DNA of 64,000 nt from Phoronis australis (taxonomy: Eukaryota > Animalia > Phoronida). Below are positions 1-22,300 of this stretch, one piece after another. Position 1 is the first letter of the stretch, and the number at the start of each line of letters is the position of its first letter. The position numbers and the translations under genes are program-made. The notes below the pieces were generated by a model. It made no database searches. It saw only the letters and a program-made list of their open reading frames with translations, and was not told the DNA's origin. The stretch lies in assembly GCA_002633005.1 (NCBI GenBank), contig NMRA01000012.1, forward strand, positions 1,801,992 to 1,865,991. Direction: 5' to 3'.

Positions 1-8619
<8,619 letters not shown>

Positions 8620-8871
8620 GGCATAGCCGATTGGTAGACGTCTCTGTGATATCATTTGAATTACGAGTTTGCAAAACTATTGGACGAACATGTGCACCGT
8701 TATTTGTCTTAGGGTTGATGAGCCTAGCAATGATTTGTCACTCTGATGATATCTTCATGGAAATTTCATATCGGTCTACTTTGTATACCGCAGAGGTTTT
8801 GAAGAAACCACATATCACGCAAAGAATGTTCTTGTGTACCTGGAACCATTGATGTAGGACTATTTTAATTA

Positions 8872-8978
8872 AGGGGAGGGGAGCGGAATGGGAGAGCAGG
8901 GGGAAGAGGGAGGGAAGAAACGGAGAGGGGTTGAGGGATAGGGTGAGGGAGAGCGAGAAGGGAAGAGAAAAAGCGAGA
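8872..8978. repeat. Polypurine GA-rich tract downstream of the SLC13 stop codon
   Basis: Almost entirely G/A on the + strand. Confidence 0.7.
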
Positions 8979-9204
8979 GCACTCGCTTTCTTTAAACATT
9001 TATCTGTGCCAAAAATGGCGGAAATTCGGGAAAAACTATCCAATCGATCACCGATCGACCGGAACACATAACGTTGTTGCGGAATTCTTCGCTAATTTTG
9101 AGTCCCACACGAAATTGAACTACTGAATTATGTAAAGATGTCGAGATTTATTCTTAGTTGTCTTGCAGCCACCCGAGAAAAGCAGTTCTGACAATTTTTG
9201 CAAA

Positions 9205-9210
9205 AATAAA
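9205..9210 (+). promoter_or_regulatory. Candidate polyadenylation signal for the SLC13 gene
   Basis: AATAAA about 590 nt after the stop codon, followed by GT/T-rich sequence. Confidence 0.4.
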
Positions 9211-10555
9211 GCTGTAGTGGTTTGTCATCTGTCTGTTATTAACATTAATTGTTTCCTCCAATTTTAACATAACAGATATTGACTCATTTCAAAGATTCTT
9301 GTACTTTTATTTCACGGAATAAGCGTTTTATAAAAAAAAACAGACACATGGGAAACGAGCAACTGAAAAAAACATTTCTTCCCTACTTGTCGCCAAGTTA
9401 GGCAGATTAACTCTACCGTGAAATTTGTTGTGTATTTCTTATGGTAGACATCACCATTGTAACTTGCTTAAAATTTTTTGTTCGTGATACTATGTCATCA
9501 GACTACACATCACAACAGTGTACAACTAGTAGTCAATATTTTCCCTTTCAATTTGTTCGTTTATTAAACGGCGGTTTCCGGAAATGCGTTGCAAGCCGGG
9601 AAGTGTCCATCTGTTGCCTACTGATAGTTCACTTGATCTGTTCACGCTTCGAGCAACAAGCCGTAAAACGTGTGTTTAAGAAATTATAACCTTATCTGGT
9701 AGAAACGCCTAACGGTGCACTTTTATTTTAATTATTGTTTGAAGACAGTGCTCAACGTTACTGTTACCTGTTGAATGCATCTGCATGTGGCCGTATATTT
9801 ATCATTTCACGTGATATTTCATCGTCGTGGATACTGCTGTTAGTTTCACTTGGGAATGCATGTACATTTTCAAGTGAAGATTGCTTCGATTCTAGTCCTC
9901 GGTATACATTAGACGTACAGTACGTACGTCACAATTTCTAATGACGTCATTTGACGTATCTGCAGGTATATCCATTCCCACCATAGCGCATGTTTCTTCA
10001 TGCTATTAGCTGTTAATTTCGCTACAAGAGGGCGCAAAACGTTGCTTGGGTATTTACAGTTTCAAATTGGGCGGAGATGATTCAATTCATACAATTGATG
10101 TTTTTTGTCACCAATTATTCTAGGAATATTTGATGGTGCAAGTACATCGAATGACTTGTTAGCACTGTAGGACTCATTCTCGATACTGTTTGAGTCATTT
10201 GATATTTCAAGAGGGAGTTCACTTTTTTCCAATCCTGGGCATAGAGTAGTGAATCTGCTTCTAATTCACTAAACTGCTACTTTTAAAGTGTAATTTGCAA
10301 GGTCCAAGTATGTTAAATTGCAATAATATCTTCAAGGTATTGCTATTTGGATGTATTTTATTCCAATTATCGTATTATTGTATCTTTAGTTATTTAAAAC
10401 AAGCGAAAATACGAAAATGCGCGAAAAGTTGACCTTTGACACCGTGACATGGTGTTGGGGAACACAAACCAGATCATATCCCACAATGCAGTTCACTGCT
10501 ATTATATCACAGTACACGAAGAACAACGACCGTTCAACCTTGGCGTGTTTTAGTC

Positions 10556-10793
10556 ATGGTGCATCGGTGTGTGTGTGCTATTTTAACACCAACCAGGTGG
10601 AAAGCATGAACCCATTTAAATTCTAAAAAGACAAGCATCTGGCTACGTAATGGCAGGTTTTCGTGTGTTCTGCTCGTCTTTTGAAAATGACTGTTGAGTC
10701 AGCCATGGGAGCCGAAATATGCTCCGACCATTTTGAGGACGGCTGCTTTGACGACAAACACATCATGAAGGTTGAAGCTGGTCTTATAAAAAG
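10556..10793 (+). pseudogene. Degenerate THAP zinc-finger exon (transposase N-terminus) of the Kolobok element
   Basis: MVHRCV/CYFNTNQ..PFKF*KDKHLAT*WQVFV..EICSDHFEDGCF, with one frameshift and two stops; ends at an AG|GTAAGT donor. Confidence 0.75.
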
Positions 10794-11613
10794 GTAAGTT
10801 ACCTTGAGAAATTTGATGTCTAATAATTCATGACACTTTCGCAGTGCCTGAACAATAACAATCTTTTTTTTATAATCACCGTAGTTCTCAAGTGTTTAAC
10901 TGTTGTTTTTCCGTGAAAGATTCAGTTATAAATGGATCAGTAAAACTAAAAGCCACAAAAAATAAAGCTGATCTCAAAAGATGCATGTATTTTGAAAAGA
11001 ATGCAGACTATGAATAACGTAAAGCAGGATGGTAACTCAATTCCAAGGTTTTGATTATTAAAGTAGTTTATTTCAAAAAAAAAAAACAAGATTAAAATCT
11101 AGTTTTGGCATTTGCTTGAAGGTTATAAAAAAGGCGAAAACTTGCAATTAGATATCATCGTGTTTTACTTTAATCATGGACAACTCTGGATTCAAAATGT
11201 TTTTTACTTTTGAATTGCCGCTGTTGTGCTTTTCAGAGTATGTAAATGAAAGGAGAACACCTTTCACTTAGTGCGGAACAAAAGAGAAGCTGGAGATCTT
11301 GAAATTCGCTTAGAAATTGATGTCCCTCCAATGCCGACTACTAGTGCTCCAGATGTGTCCAAGGAGGATGCCGCGGCACAGATAAATTCAGACTTGGTGC
11401 TTTGTCCATGGGCAGAACTGGGATTTCTTTCCGTCACATATTTAAAAGTCACTACCAATGTTTTAGATTAAATTTTTGATAGTGGTACAGATAGCAATGC
11501 CAGAGTGTTTATAGTTCCAGTAGTGGAAATTGTGAAAAGCTTTTGTGTGTGGTATTTGGCTGTCCCATTTGTATAGATAAACCCAGTGATATACTATGTT
11601 CTTATATTGAAAC

Positions 11614-11760
11614 TAGTGGCAGATTTAGAGGGGGGCCATGCCCCCCTAAAATTCTCCCTGATTCCATTTGACTGTTTGGGGGTGCGAATGTCTGACGGGC
11701 AAAATCCTTGCTAATACCGTGCCCTGGCCCCCCTAACTCAAAATCCTGGATCCGCACCTG
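11614..11760. mobile_element. hAT5-like MITE nested in the Kolobok element
   Basis: Ends TAGTGGCAGATTTAG...TGGATCCGCACCTG with G/C-run subtermini; 5-bp TSD GAAAC at 11609-11613 and 11761-11765. Confidence 0.7.
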
Positions 11761-12193
11761 GAAACATTTCAATGGTTCTTCAATACAATGACTATAAATA
11801 TTGCGGCATAGCTTTTTTTAAGTATATTTAATTTGCACTAAACTGTTGTTGTCCCATACAGTGGGTCGGTAAAGGAAGACTTTCTTAAGTGGGGGTGAAA
11901 AGGTACTTGCTTGGGTCGTCAGTCTTTTCGTGCGAAAATCTCATCTAAATTGTACACAGAATAATCACTTGCACAGAATTCGAACATTGTCTTGGGAATT
12001 TTTGAGTGAGTGGTATAAGCACTCCCTCCAGATTTCCGAATTCCTACTCATGTGCATACTTTTTGTGTTTTCACACCATGTCATAGACATCTAAAGCTAT
12101 TGCATACTGGAGCTTTTGGGTTGAGATTCAGTGGTTGCTGTGTCGTGTTATTTGATTTCTCATTGAATTACAGTAGAACTCGCTAAGTTGTAT

Positions 12194-12539
12194 NNNNNNN
12201 NNNNNNNNNNNNNNNNNNNNNNNNNNNNNNNNNNNNNNNNNNNNNNNNNNNNNNNNNNNNNNNNNNNNNNNNNNNNNNNNNNNNNNNNNNNNNNNNNNNN
12301 NNNNNNNNNNNNNNNNNNNNNNNNNNNNNNNNNNNNNNNNNNNNNNNNNNNNNNNNNNNNNNNNNNNNNNNNNNNNNNNNNNNNNNNNNNNNNNNNNNNN
12401 NNNNNNNNNNNNNNNNNNNNNNNNNNNNNNNNNNNNNNNNNNNNNNNNNNNNNNNNNNNNNNNNNNNNNNNNNNNNNNNNNNNNNNNNNNNNNNNNNNNN
12501 NNNNNNNNNNNNNNNNNNNNNNNNNNNNNNNNNNNNNNN
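12194..12539. other. Assembly gap (N run)
   Basis: Run of Ns. Confidence 1.
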
Positions 12540-12782
12540 AGCTCAAACCACTGAGCCACACTGTCTACAAATAATCAGAGACCTAACACTTTTTGAGTGA
12601 TTTGCTATAATGCAAAAAAATCCCAGTTTTATCACTGAAACTGGTATTTATCCACGGCTGAAACACGATTCACCAATGGGGATATGGGCGCCTGGGACTG
12701 ACTGGTAAAGCACCTACTTTTGATTAAAAAAAGACCAAGTTATAATTCGCGGTTGTAGGATACATATTGATATTATTCTTAC

Positions 12783-13062
12783 CAATCACTAACATCTAAT
12801 CGCGCACCTTCAGCCTGTTGACGTTCACAGGACGAACCCGCTGGGAGTGAGTCTTCGGCGACCAGAGAGAAAGGGCCGTGAAAGGGATCGAGGGAGAACG
12901 GCTCCACTACAGAAAAGCTGTGAACACATATTGTTCCTCTGGGATCTGTCACCTCCACCTCTACGTCCGAAAGGTCGGAATCATCTGAAAAGTCCACCTG
13001 TCCGTCCTTGTATCGTTCAAAGTATTCGTCATCTACGCTGCTGTACTCACTTGGACACACAT
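12783..13062 (-). pseudogene. First exon of a KolX / P2X7-intracellular-domain-like second gene of the Kolobok element
   Basis: Acidic N-terminus, EPFSLDP and RLDVSDW, ending at a TG|GTAAG donor. This resembles the EPY.FEP...RLG.TDW|C.CG.C start of P2X7-like/KolX proteins. The ATG at 13062 is out of frame by one TG dinucleotide. Confidence 0.6.
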
Positions 13063-16000
13063 TGCTTCCTTTGTGTTCCCCAACACCACGTCACAGATGT
13101 GTAACGAACAAAAATGGCGCCCTTTCTATTCTCCGTTACAACGATGGCGTTACAACACCACGGCACTAAATATGTAAATAACTTTGTATAGTGGCGTACA
13201 ATTCAGTTAATGTTAAGAATATAGCAATGATAATTATAAACTAGAATTTAGACCATATTGTTGTTCAGATTGGTTTGGACCTTGCAATTTCCTCTTTAAG
13301 GTTTTTTATAATAGACCCTAGTTGTTTGTTTTATTGGTATTTGAGCGATTTCAGCATCATGTTCTCAGAACTTTTTTTACTAGATTTTTGTCTCGTTTTC
13401 TACATTTTTCGGAATTTTTGTTTCTCTGAGGCGGACATTTTTGCCCACTTTCCCAAATGCGGGGGCTCGAAAGAGCAGCCGAGACCCCCTCCCCCTGGGT
13501 GCGCGCATACCATGCCCAGAATTGTACTAAGACACTTAGTTTTCCTCACTTTTCAGCTGCTGGTTTATGAACCTTGCGGAATACTGGGTGTGTACTTAAT
13601 TCCAGTTTTATGTAAAAGTCAAATTTCGTGTCAGATATTTAAAATTCCAAAACACATGTACTTGGCACAAATTATTCAACGATGCAATTTAGAAACTTCC
13701 AAAATGAAACTTTAAAAATACTATTGTCCCCCCTAGTGTTTACAACCATGTTTATAATGGGTCAATTTCGCGCCTGATTACTCAAGATAAACTCCAGAGA
13801 ACAATGCCATCAGCTGAACATGGATGGCTTCTTTAAAGGTTATCGAACCGGTTGAGTGGTCCAAACTAGATAGGTGAGAGTGTCAGCCTAGAATTCTTAT
13901 TCATGGCTTCGCTAAACATGTTTTGCGTAATCATAACGAACGCCTGGCATTAATCGGTGATTTCTACAACTCCGTCTCTTAATTCCATTTATATACATTT
14001 TAGTTGTTTGGCATGGAATAATGAAGTGCAAACGTTTTCAGCAGTCAGCTAGTCAAATTTTTGACGCTGTTTAAAATTGTTTTGATATTAGTTAATAGTT
14101 CACCGACTTTAAAGTCGAACTTTTAAAGTTTTTTAATGTTAATGTTTTGCTGTTGAGAAACATCGTGAAGGTTACTTTTTAAAAACTTTAAACTTCTGAA
14201 ATTTTTACCACTATGACCAGATATCACGTTTAATCAAGCTTCGCCAACAATCTAGTCATAGATTAACCTTGCCTGGACTCATGAAGGTTTGGAGCCCAAA
14301 AACTTTTGATGTTGTGGACGTAACACTTTCACGAGGCACTGAGATAAAAATGCACCGATTCCCATAGAAGTGTGTTCAGAAGGTGCAACTGAAGAAGTTT
14401 GCTAATTTTTGCGGAAAAGTGTTGAATGCAGTGATACTTTGCGGAACCCTAGAGGAGTTACTGCGTTTTCTAGTTGACCAATCAAGCATGATCGCATTTG
14501 CGCTACCAGTGCTATTCATTCACACATGTACGCTCGCTCAAACTCCCTTTACATTCGTAAATCGTATGTTAAAGTAAATTACAACGAGAAATTACAACGA
14601 TCGATTCCTTTCTTGCCCTTAAGAGGACCGACGAAGATACCGGAAGTTAGCGCGAGGGCAATTAAAGTGCCACCGTTGTGTATTCAACAAGTTTAACGTG
14701 TAAAAGGGTGTGCTAACACTATTGTAACTGCAGCAAGGAAAACATTGAATCTACAATACATTAACAAGGACACTACAACCAACTTAATTATATAGATATC
14801 TCAGCGTAAACCAACACGACCATATTTTAACTTTCAAATGCATTAACCTGGTCAATAAAACCAAGCATTTTATTGATATTTAGTGCACCAAGTCCTCTTT
14901 TAGCCAACAAATACATTAGCACTACCACTGCAATTTACAATAATACTGTTATGTTTGCAAATATAATCATTGTAATTGATTTCCTTGGTATCAGTTTTGT
15001 TTGCAACAAACGCCTATTGTTTAACAAGTGTGTATGACAATACATTGTAGATTTTACAAGTTTGCAGATCTCAAATATTATTTGCATACAACTCTATATT
15101 AATATTGGCCGCCACCAGTATATAACTGGATTCGTTATTGTAAGAGTTTGAAGTTCTGAGAAAATGAGAGCGCATGAAGTACTTCTGATTACATTTTTAG
15201 TCGTGGAGTTTAAGCTAAGTTCTTCGGGTAAGAAACGCAAAATTATTTTATCATAGTTTATTTTATTAGTTAATCCAATACCCATTTGATTTTCTTGGCT
15301 CGCCAAAAGCTCAATTTATTACAGTTTATAGAATGATTATAATTTCAATTATGGCACATCTTTAACATTTTCTTCCTCCTACGAGTGGATTTATTTTTTG
15401 TTAAAATTTGGAATCAACGTGTTTTTGCTAAAAGGCCGATTCGTTAAATTTCTAACTGGAGGCCAAGTATGTGTTGCAGTCCCAACCAAGTCTTGCTTTG
15501 CCAATGTTGGCGGATTGACACTCTCCGAGCGCATCACCTATACATGTAGTTATTATAACTGCTAATAGCTACAGTCATTATAACTATAAAAACTACCCTT
15601 TGGATGTCTATCGGAACGAGTGATCTCAGTACAATGTCCACCATGCATTTTGGTCTGCAATCGCCTCTTGCATGAAAGAAAAGAGGGACTCAGTTGTGTT
15701 CCTGAACTCTTCGCCGCATTTGTGGATTTTCGAAAACACTGGCTGCCTTACCCTGCTCTATTTCAATATTATTGAAAATAAATAGCGATCTTTTCATGCA
15801 ACGTCCGTAACTTAAGGACAAAGTTCCCATTTGTTTTCATTGCAATAAGGGCTCAGTGCTTAGATACATCGTTATAAAATATCATTAATCAGTGACGTGT
15901 TTATGATAAGGCAAAAAGAAGGAAAAGCATTAAGAAAAGCATGAATTTTGTGAGTATACAAAGAATAGTTTACAGAACTTAGTAGAGTCCCTATTTGTGA

Positions 16001-16303
16001 CTGTTTCATGCAATTAGGCACAGACTCTTAGAAACAAGAAAAATATTCAGTAGATTGTGATTACGAGACTTGCATTGAACTTCTTGGATCGTAGTTGAGG
16101 GTTGCGTTCCGTAGACGCAAGACTAAGCAAGTCTTGGCGACATAACGCCATGCATTATATAGCCGTTCTCACAAAGATTATCTTGGGTTTAAGAAACTCA
16201 ACCCAGTTCTCGATTTATTACTATTCCTTTCTCGTTATATGTTGAGACTATAGTATAATATACATCGAAACAAAATGGACGATGCCTCTGTTCATGTTTG
16301 TAG

Positions 16304-19300
16304 CCACTGTTCGTCTTAAACCTGGCCCGGATTACGGACGTGTCGAGATATACGTATCAGATGAGTGGGTCGGCTTCGATCGCAGATATGGATGGGACAA
16401 AACGGCAGCTGAAGTTGTGAGTTGTTCAAATCTTTTAAACAAACACGTGCACGGATATTTCTTGTTTCTTTACAATATCGTTGTTTGATACAAAGAGGTG
16501 AAACTAATAATTTCTTAACCGTTGAAGACTCGCCAATCACATACCAACTTCGATGCGAAATAAAAGTTGACGATCACCATCTCGTCAGATTGCCATTTAA
16601 GCTTCCCCTGTATATTTAGGCACCGGGTGTAAATTTTTACATTCTCGGTGACATACTGCACACAGAAGTTATGAATTTCAGGTAAGATTAACGCACCTCT
16701 TGTCCAATGTTCTGTTAAGAGAAATTGGTTTCCGCTGAGATGAATTCACCCAGGCGTAAAGATCGGTTTCGTGTTGATATATTTCATCTACTTTCAATCA
16801 AAAAGAATTTCACATACATTTTTGAAACAATGCTTGTAGCTATAAGAAAAGCTTCGCAACAGTTGGACATTAAATCATGAACGTAATATGTTTTCTAAGT
16901 GGTGCTCTAGAACCTATCTTTTTCAATTTTCCGAGTATAAATTGCCAACGTATAATCGAAACCGTTGAAATATACAAATTCAATAAAGTGTTTGCTTTCG
17001 TTTACGTTTTACAGCAGCTTCATTCATGAGTGCGCCTTTTAAAACATTAGTGGTGACAACTGACTTAAACTTCACAGTCTATGAATAATAAAAAAATAAT
17101 GAAAAAATATTGCCTAGGGATTGTTCCCCGTGGCATTAATAATTGCTCAACATAAACATTTTGAAAATCGGTGGAGCGGTTTCCTTGACAAAAACAGGTC
17201 GATTAGTATGACTAATCGGTGGGCGGAGCTTATTGGCAGTTCGTTGTCTGAATTAACAAAGACTCGATGTGCCATAAAAGGAATGGCTCCTGTATTTACA
17301 GACTACGGATGTAGAGTGATTATGTCACACCCCTAGCAACTACTCCAAATTGGAGACAGACAATATGCCGGTAGTTTATTTACTTGCACTAACTCATTTG
17401 TTCAAACAGGCAAAATTCAACAAAAAGTAAATTTTCAAAAAACTGAAGATCATGCCCCGACTTCGTGAACCACACAGTTTATCACATTGACCACAAGTTT
17501 TCTAAAACACAATTTAACTGGTGATTTTCCAGTTACAACTTTTGATGCATGTAATTTTCCATAGAGGAGCGGAAAAAGTTAGAACCAAGCTGACGGAACC
17601 TTCTAGACTACCCAGGTGCGGGAATTCACACTTTTCGTCCCTGTTGAGGTTTACAGCCAACAATTCTCAGGTCGTGTATTCAAAATATAAGCGAAAAGGG
17701 CCGAAAAGGAAAAACACGCTTCTTCTCCGATGCCGCTTGAGAGCTTCGCGAAGACAGGAACATGACCAGTCGCACCAGTAGAATACAATCTGACGGAAGG
17801 AAAATGTGATCCTCGACAGACAAGCTTTCAGATGACGGGTTGCCTAGCGGCCATTTTCATTTTGTTTGGCATACAAATTGGATATGTACATGTATGCCCA
17901 GAGATTAGGCCTTAGTACCATGCATGTTTAGCTGTGTACAAATGTCTGTGGCATACTGACTTTGTTTCTGGCAAAGGTCAACTAGTGACTGGGATTCACA
18001 TTAGACATAGGCCTACTAGGTCAGGTGCGAATGGCAATCTCGATGTCCATAAAGTTAAACAGCCGGGACTGATTTTTGCTAAAGTTCAGTTTTCTATTAT
18101 CGTCATATATACAGATTCAGAAGTTCAGCAGAGTATTTAGGTACCTGTGCAAAGTTGAATTGTAGTTTCCAGTTTTTGTATTTATTACTTTCATTGTATA
18201 TTTTGAACTATTTCCAACTACAAAGTGTTCAGTAAATGCCTAATATCAACATAATGAATGTGAATTGTAGGTGTGTCGGGAGTTGGGCTATTCTTACGGT
18301 AAAACTACTTACACCACGCAAGATCATTCCTTTAAAGTCAAATTGACACACGTTGCATGCGTTGGTAACGAAATTTCCATAACAAACTGTTCGAAACAAG
18401 ACTGCTCTTCATGCCCAGGGTGGATGAGTGCCGGTGTGGTGTGCTACAACGAATCAGGTAAATAGAGACCCGTGAAACAGCTTCCTCCACCATTGAAGGA
18501 TTGTCAGAGAACAGTCTATTCAACAGTAGCCACACGACTGTGAATGGCTGCTTGTCGTGACTAAGCGTTAGAATTTACTACGGTGGCCTGTACGTGTCAT
18601 GTTTTGACAATTTCCAGCCCCGTGAAAAGTACCTGTCAACCGAGAGAAAAGTACTTTCCATCAAGGTTAAAAGTACCACTCGAGAGCAGAGATATTTTTA
18701 GTCAGGTTGATAGTCATATTTCACACGGGTGGAATGTAACTTCCAAGCGGGTTAGGTAGAAACTACCAGAAAATTAAAAAAGTTGTCATGTACTGGTCAC
18801 CGTAGTTTACAAGTCTCACGTTATTTCTGGTCCGGAAATCTTATTTCCAAAACTCGAACTCGAACTAAGTATGATTTAGGTAAATATTTTCTATTTAATT
18901 ATTAAGCCCAAGTTCAAAATATAGCAACTGGTCTCACCCATCTAACTTAGAAGTTCCAAAGATTATAGAGATATAATTATAAAAAATGCCATCTAACGTT
19001 TTTAGTGTTTTTTGCAACTTTGGAGAGTTTTTTAAAACTGCATATCCTCAGTATTTAGGCGTCAAAATGAGAAATTTCTGTTCTATGATATTTCGTACAA
19101 TGACAGGACTTGATTTCCATTGCCAACAAGAAAACAGAAAACGTCAGCAACCCAAGAAAACGCAATAGATTTAACAGATTTGGATTTTGTCAACCCTAAA
19201 ATTGCAAATTCGGAAATGGCCCATGAACGCAATTTGTCTGTAACTCGAGTTGTGCATTCATTTGGCAACAGTTCAGTGGTCGAACGAGCAAGACAATGCT

Positions 19301-22300
19301 TTTAAACCCAAACTGTTTCTGTCAAAAATATTCAACATTGGTAGCTGAAGAGCAGATAAATCGGCTTTTAAGATTAATGTTACTTAATGTTGACTTTATT
19401 CACTTAGGCTTACAGCTTAGACTAAATCCTGGTCCAGATTTCGGTTTGGTCGAAGTGGCCCTGAACGGAAAATGGGGCACAGCTTCGGGTAGATATAACT
19501 TGAGAAACAACGTAAATGTCATTTGCAAGCAACTCGGATACAGCGGAGGAGTCCGTCAATCTGTGCGTGAAAAAGTGGGAGAAGGGTCCATACCACAATG
19601 GATTTCAAGAGGAGTAAACTGCAGGGGAAGCGAGTCCATTATTTTCGACTGCCCAGACTCTACAGGATTCGGTGTAAGCCCAGAACACGAACACGATCTT
19701 AATGTGAGATGTTTCAGTGAAACAAAAAGTACGTTTGTGCAAGTCTCTGCTTACCTTAAGATACCACTAAATTTCTATGGAAACCTTGTAACGCGTAACG
19801 GTCGCCAAACTACGTATAAGACCAGGAAGGCATTGTCTCCCTGTTAAGACTGACAACAGTTATTAGAACAGCTTGAATATTTGGACGATTACAAAATGCA
19901 GAATTCTCATTTCCCGCCGTACACGTCTGTTTTGCACGTGAGCAATAACACCACCGAAGACGGGAAATTACGAGCAGAGCTGTCTGCCACAACGTAAAGT
20001 TTTCAATAAAAAGAGTTTTAGTAAAATCGGCTGGGGATTATTTTGCTGTAAATGTACATTTCTTGAAGTAAAAAGGTGGTCACATGAGAATAATAAAGAC
20101 ACAATAGCAAGAAGCATATTTTTAGAATCATATCGTCGACCTTTCTCCTTTCAGAAAATATATTCTTTTATTGGTTCACAAAGCATATTTTTTCGATATT
20201 TGACTGAGAGATGAGGTCGTTTATTAAGGTCCTTAAGGAAATCTTTAGAATTTGAGGATCCCATCTTGAGGGGCACTTTACGCTGAGGAGCCTTGCAGAC
20301 ATGGATCCTCATCAGTCAAGGAATTTTAAGTCCTTGATCTTTCAAGGTTCACCGTTTCGGTCCATTAAGGATGCGTACAACAGAAAACAAGGAATACGAT
20401 TCTTAAGGTCCACCCTACACGTTGTCAAGTCTTTTGAAATACAGACATGAACACTGTATAGCCTTTGTTGGTTTAGGTCACAAGCAGTTGGGTAGTCTGG
20501 CTTCGTAAATTTCTTTCGCACAGAAAACGTTTTATTTCAGCTATAGTTACTTCTGCGTCCTACCGCTACGGTGAAGTAGTAGTTTACGAATCGCTGATTG
20601 AAAAAGGCTACATCTGTGATGAAGGCTGGGACGACGCAGATGCAAAGGTACAAATTGTAGTTTAATATCCACACTATTTTGTAAATTGTATCACCAATTG
20701 TATATACCAGAATATTGTCTCGTATGTAGGCAGATGAAGTTTGCAGCTAAAACACTCGTACATTAGCTTTTCATTTGTCTTTGTAATGCCGGCTGTAAAA
20801 TCATCTATAACTCCTCCAAGGATTGCTGATTTTATAGTTATTCGTTCCTATTGAACACACAGTAATTGTCTGCTGAAATAGGCCAATCAAGTACTGTGTC
20901 ATCTCTGTACTACAAACTTTCAAAACCTGACCTGCTGCCGTTTGGGAAAAACTGACGCCAGTCGCATGTACAAGATGTATAGGCCTAACTATAAAAACAC
21001 GTTCGCAATCAAAACGCCAACTGTACGATATTTTTATATTTACTTGAAGAATAACTTGGCAAAATACATTTCTCAGTAAATATGTTGCTTTACCGTGCTA
21101 CTTTGTACTCACGCTACTGGTAGCATTTTTGTTCGATTTACATGCAATTTACACACAGCATGTATCTCGTTAATTGCCTTAACCCTACATTGTATACGAG
21201 GATGTCATTTTTTCAAAAACGTTCTTGAACACTTTTAACATNATGAAGTTTGCAGCTAAAACACTCGTACATTAGCTTTTCATTTGTCTTTGTAATGCCG
21301 GCTGTAAAATCATCTATAACTCCTCCAAGGATTGCTGATTTTATAGTTATTCGTTCCTATTGAACACACAGTAATTGTCTGCTGAAATAGGCCAATCAAG
21401 TACTGTGTCATCTCTGTACTACAAACTTTCAAAACCTGACCTGCTGCCGTTTGGGAAAAACTGACGCCAGTCGCATGTACAAGATGTATAGGCCTAACTA
21501 TAAAAACACGTTCGCAATCAAAACGCCAACTGTACGATATTTTTATATTTACTTGAAGAATAACTTGGCAAAATAAATTTCGCAGTAAATATGTTGCTTT
21601 ACCGTGCTACTTTGTACTCACGCTACTGGTAGCATTTATGTTCGATTTACATGCAATTTACACGCAGCATGTATCTCGTTAATTGCCTTAACCCTACATT
21701 GTATACCAGGATGTCATTTTTTCAAAAACGTTCTTGAACACTTTTAACATACAACTCAAAATCGGCACGTACATAAAACTACATGTGCTGCCAATAGACA
21801 AAGCTAAAATTGTTTTCGTTACAAGATAGTGGATACGGAGAACTTTTCATCGGGATTCCTGTTTTTTTCTGAAAACACAGAGGTCGGTGTATGTATCCAT
21901 TTACTGTTAGTTTGGATTTGCTTTATTATCATGATGGGTGTAGAGTTTCACGCGAAATTTACATTCAAGATGGCGACTATGGCCACCATTTTGTATTATT
22001 CATTTGATCTGAGACGCCTTTGGAGCAAATTGAACAAAAATGCAAAAAGTGGTTACAGCAATTCTTCATATTTTGCTTTGAGGAGCTGTGACCTGCGATC
22101 CTTTCAGCGTTGCTGCCGTCGTCGGCAGTGGCGTCATTGTCATTGTTATCGTTGGTGTAGTAGGCACCGTCGTTGTCACTGGCAGAGACCAGTCGTAGTC
22201 ATTGGCAGTCTTGTCTCTTCGTAATCGCATCGGCGTCAATGTTGTTGAGCTGCTGACGGCATCGTCGCTGTTGTTGCCAATGTCAGCGTCATCGGCCGTG

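Larger units (their letters stand above)
10287..13295. mobile_element. Kolobok-type DNA transposon (decayed, spans an assembly gap)
   Basis: TTAA at 10283-10286 and 13296-13299. 21-bp TIRs AGTGTAATTTGCAAGGTCCAA / revcomp AGAGGAAATTGCAAGGTCCAA (3 mismatches) with AG..CT ends. Internal convergent THAP and acidic ORF fragments. Confidence 0.8.

Noticed and set aside
9570-9950. TTCCGGAA (STAT-like) and TGACGTCA (CRE) motifs
   Set aside because: Short motifs expected by chance, with no linked TSS evidence.
12128-12574. ORFs composed of X
   Set aside because: Artefacts of the N gap.
16150-16186. Candidate first (signal-peptide) exon MHYIAVLTKIIL of the SRCR gene
   Set aside because: The phase fits, but the donor (GTTTAA) and hydrophobic core are weak, so it was left out of the model.
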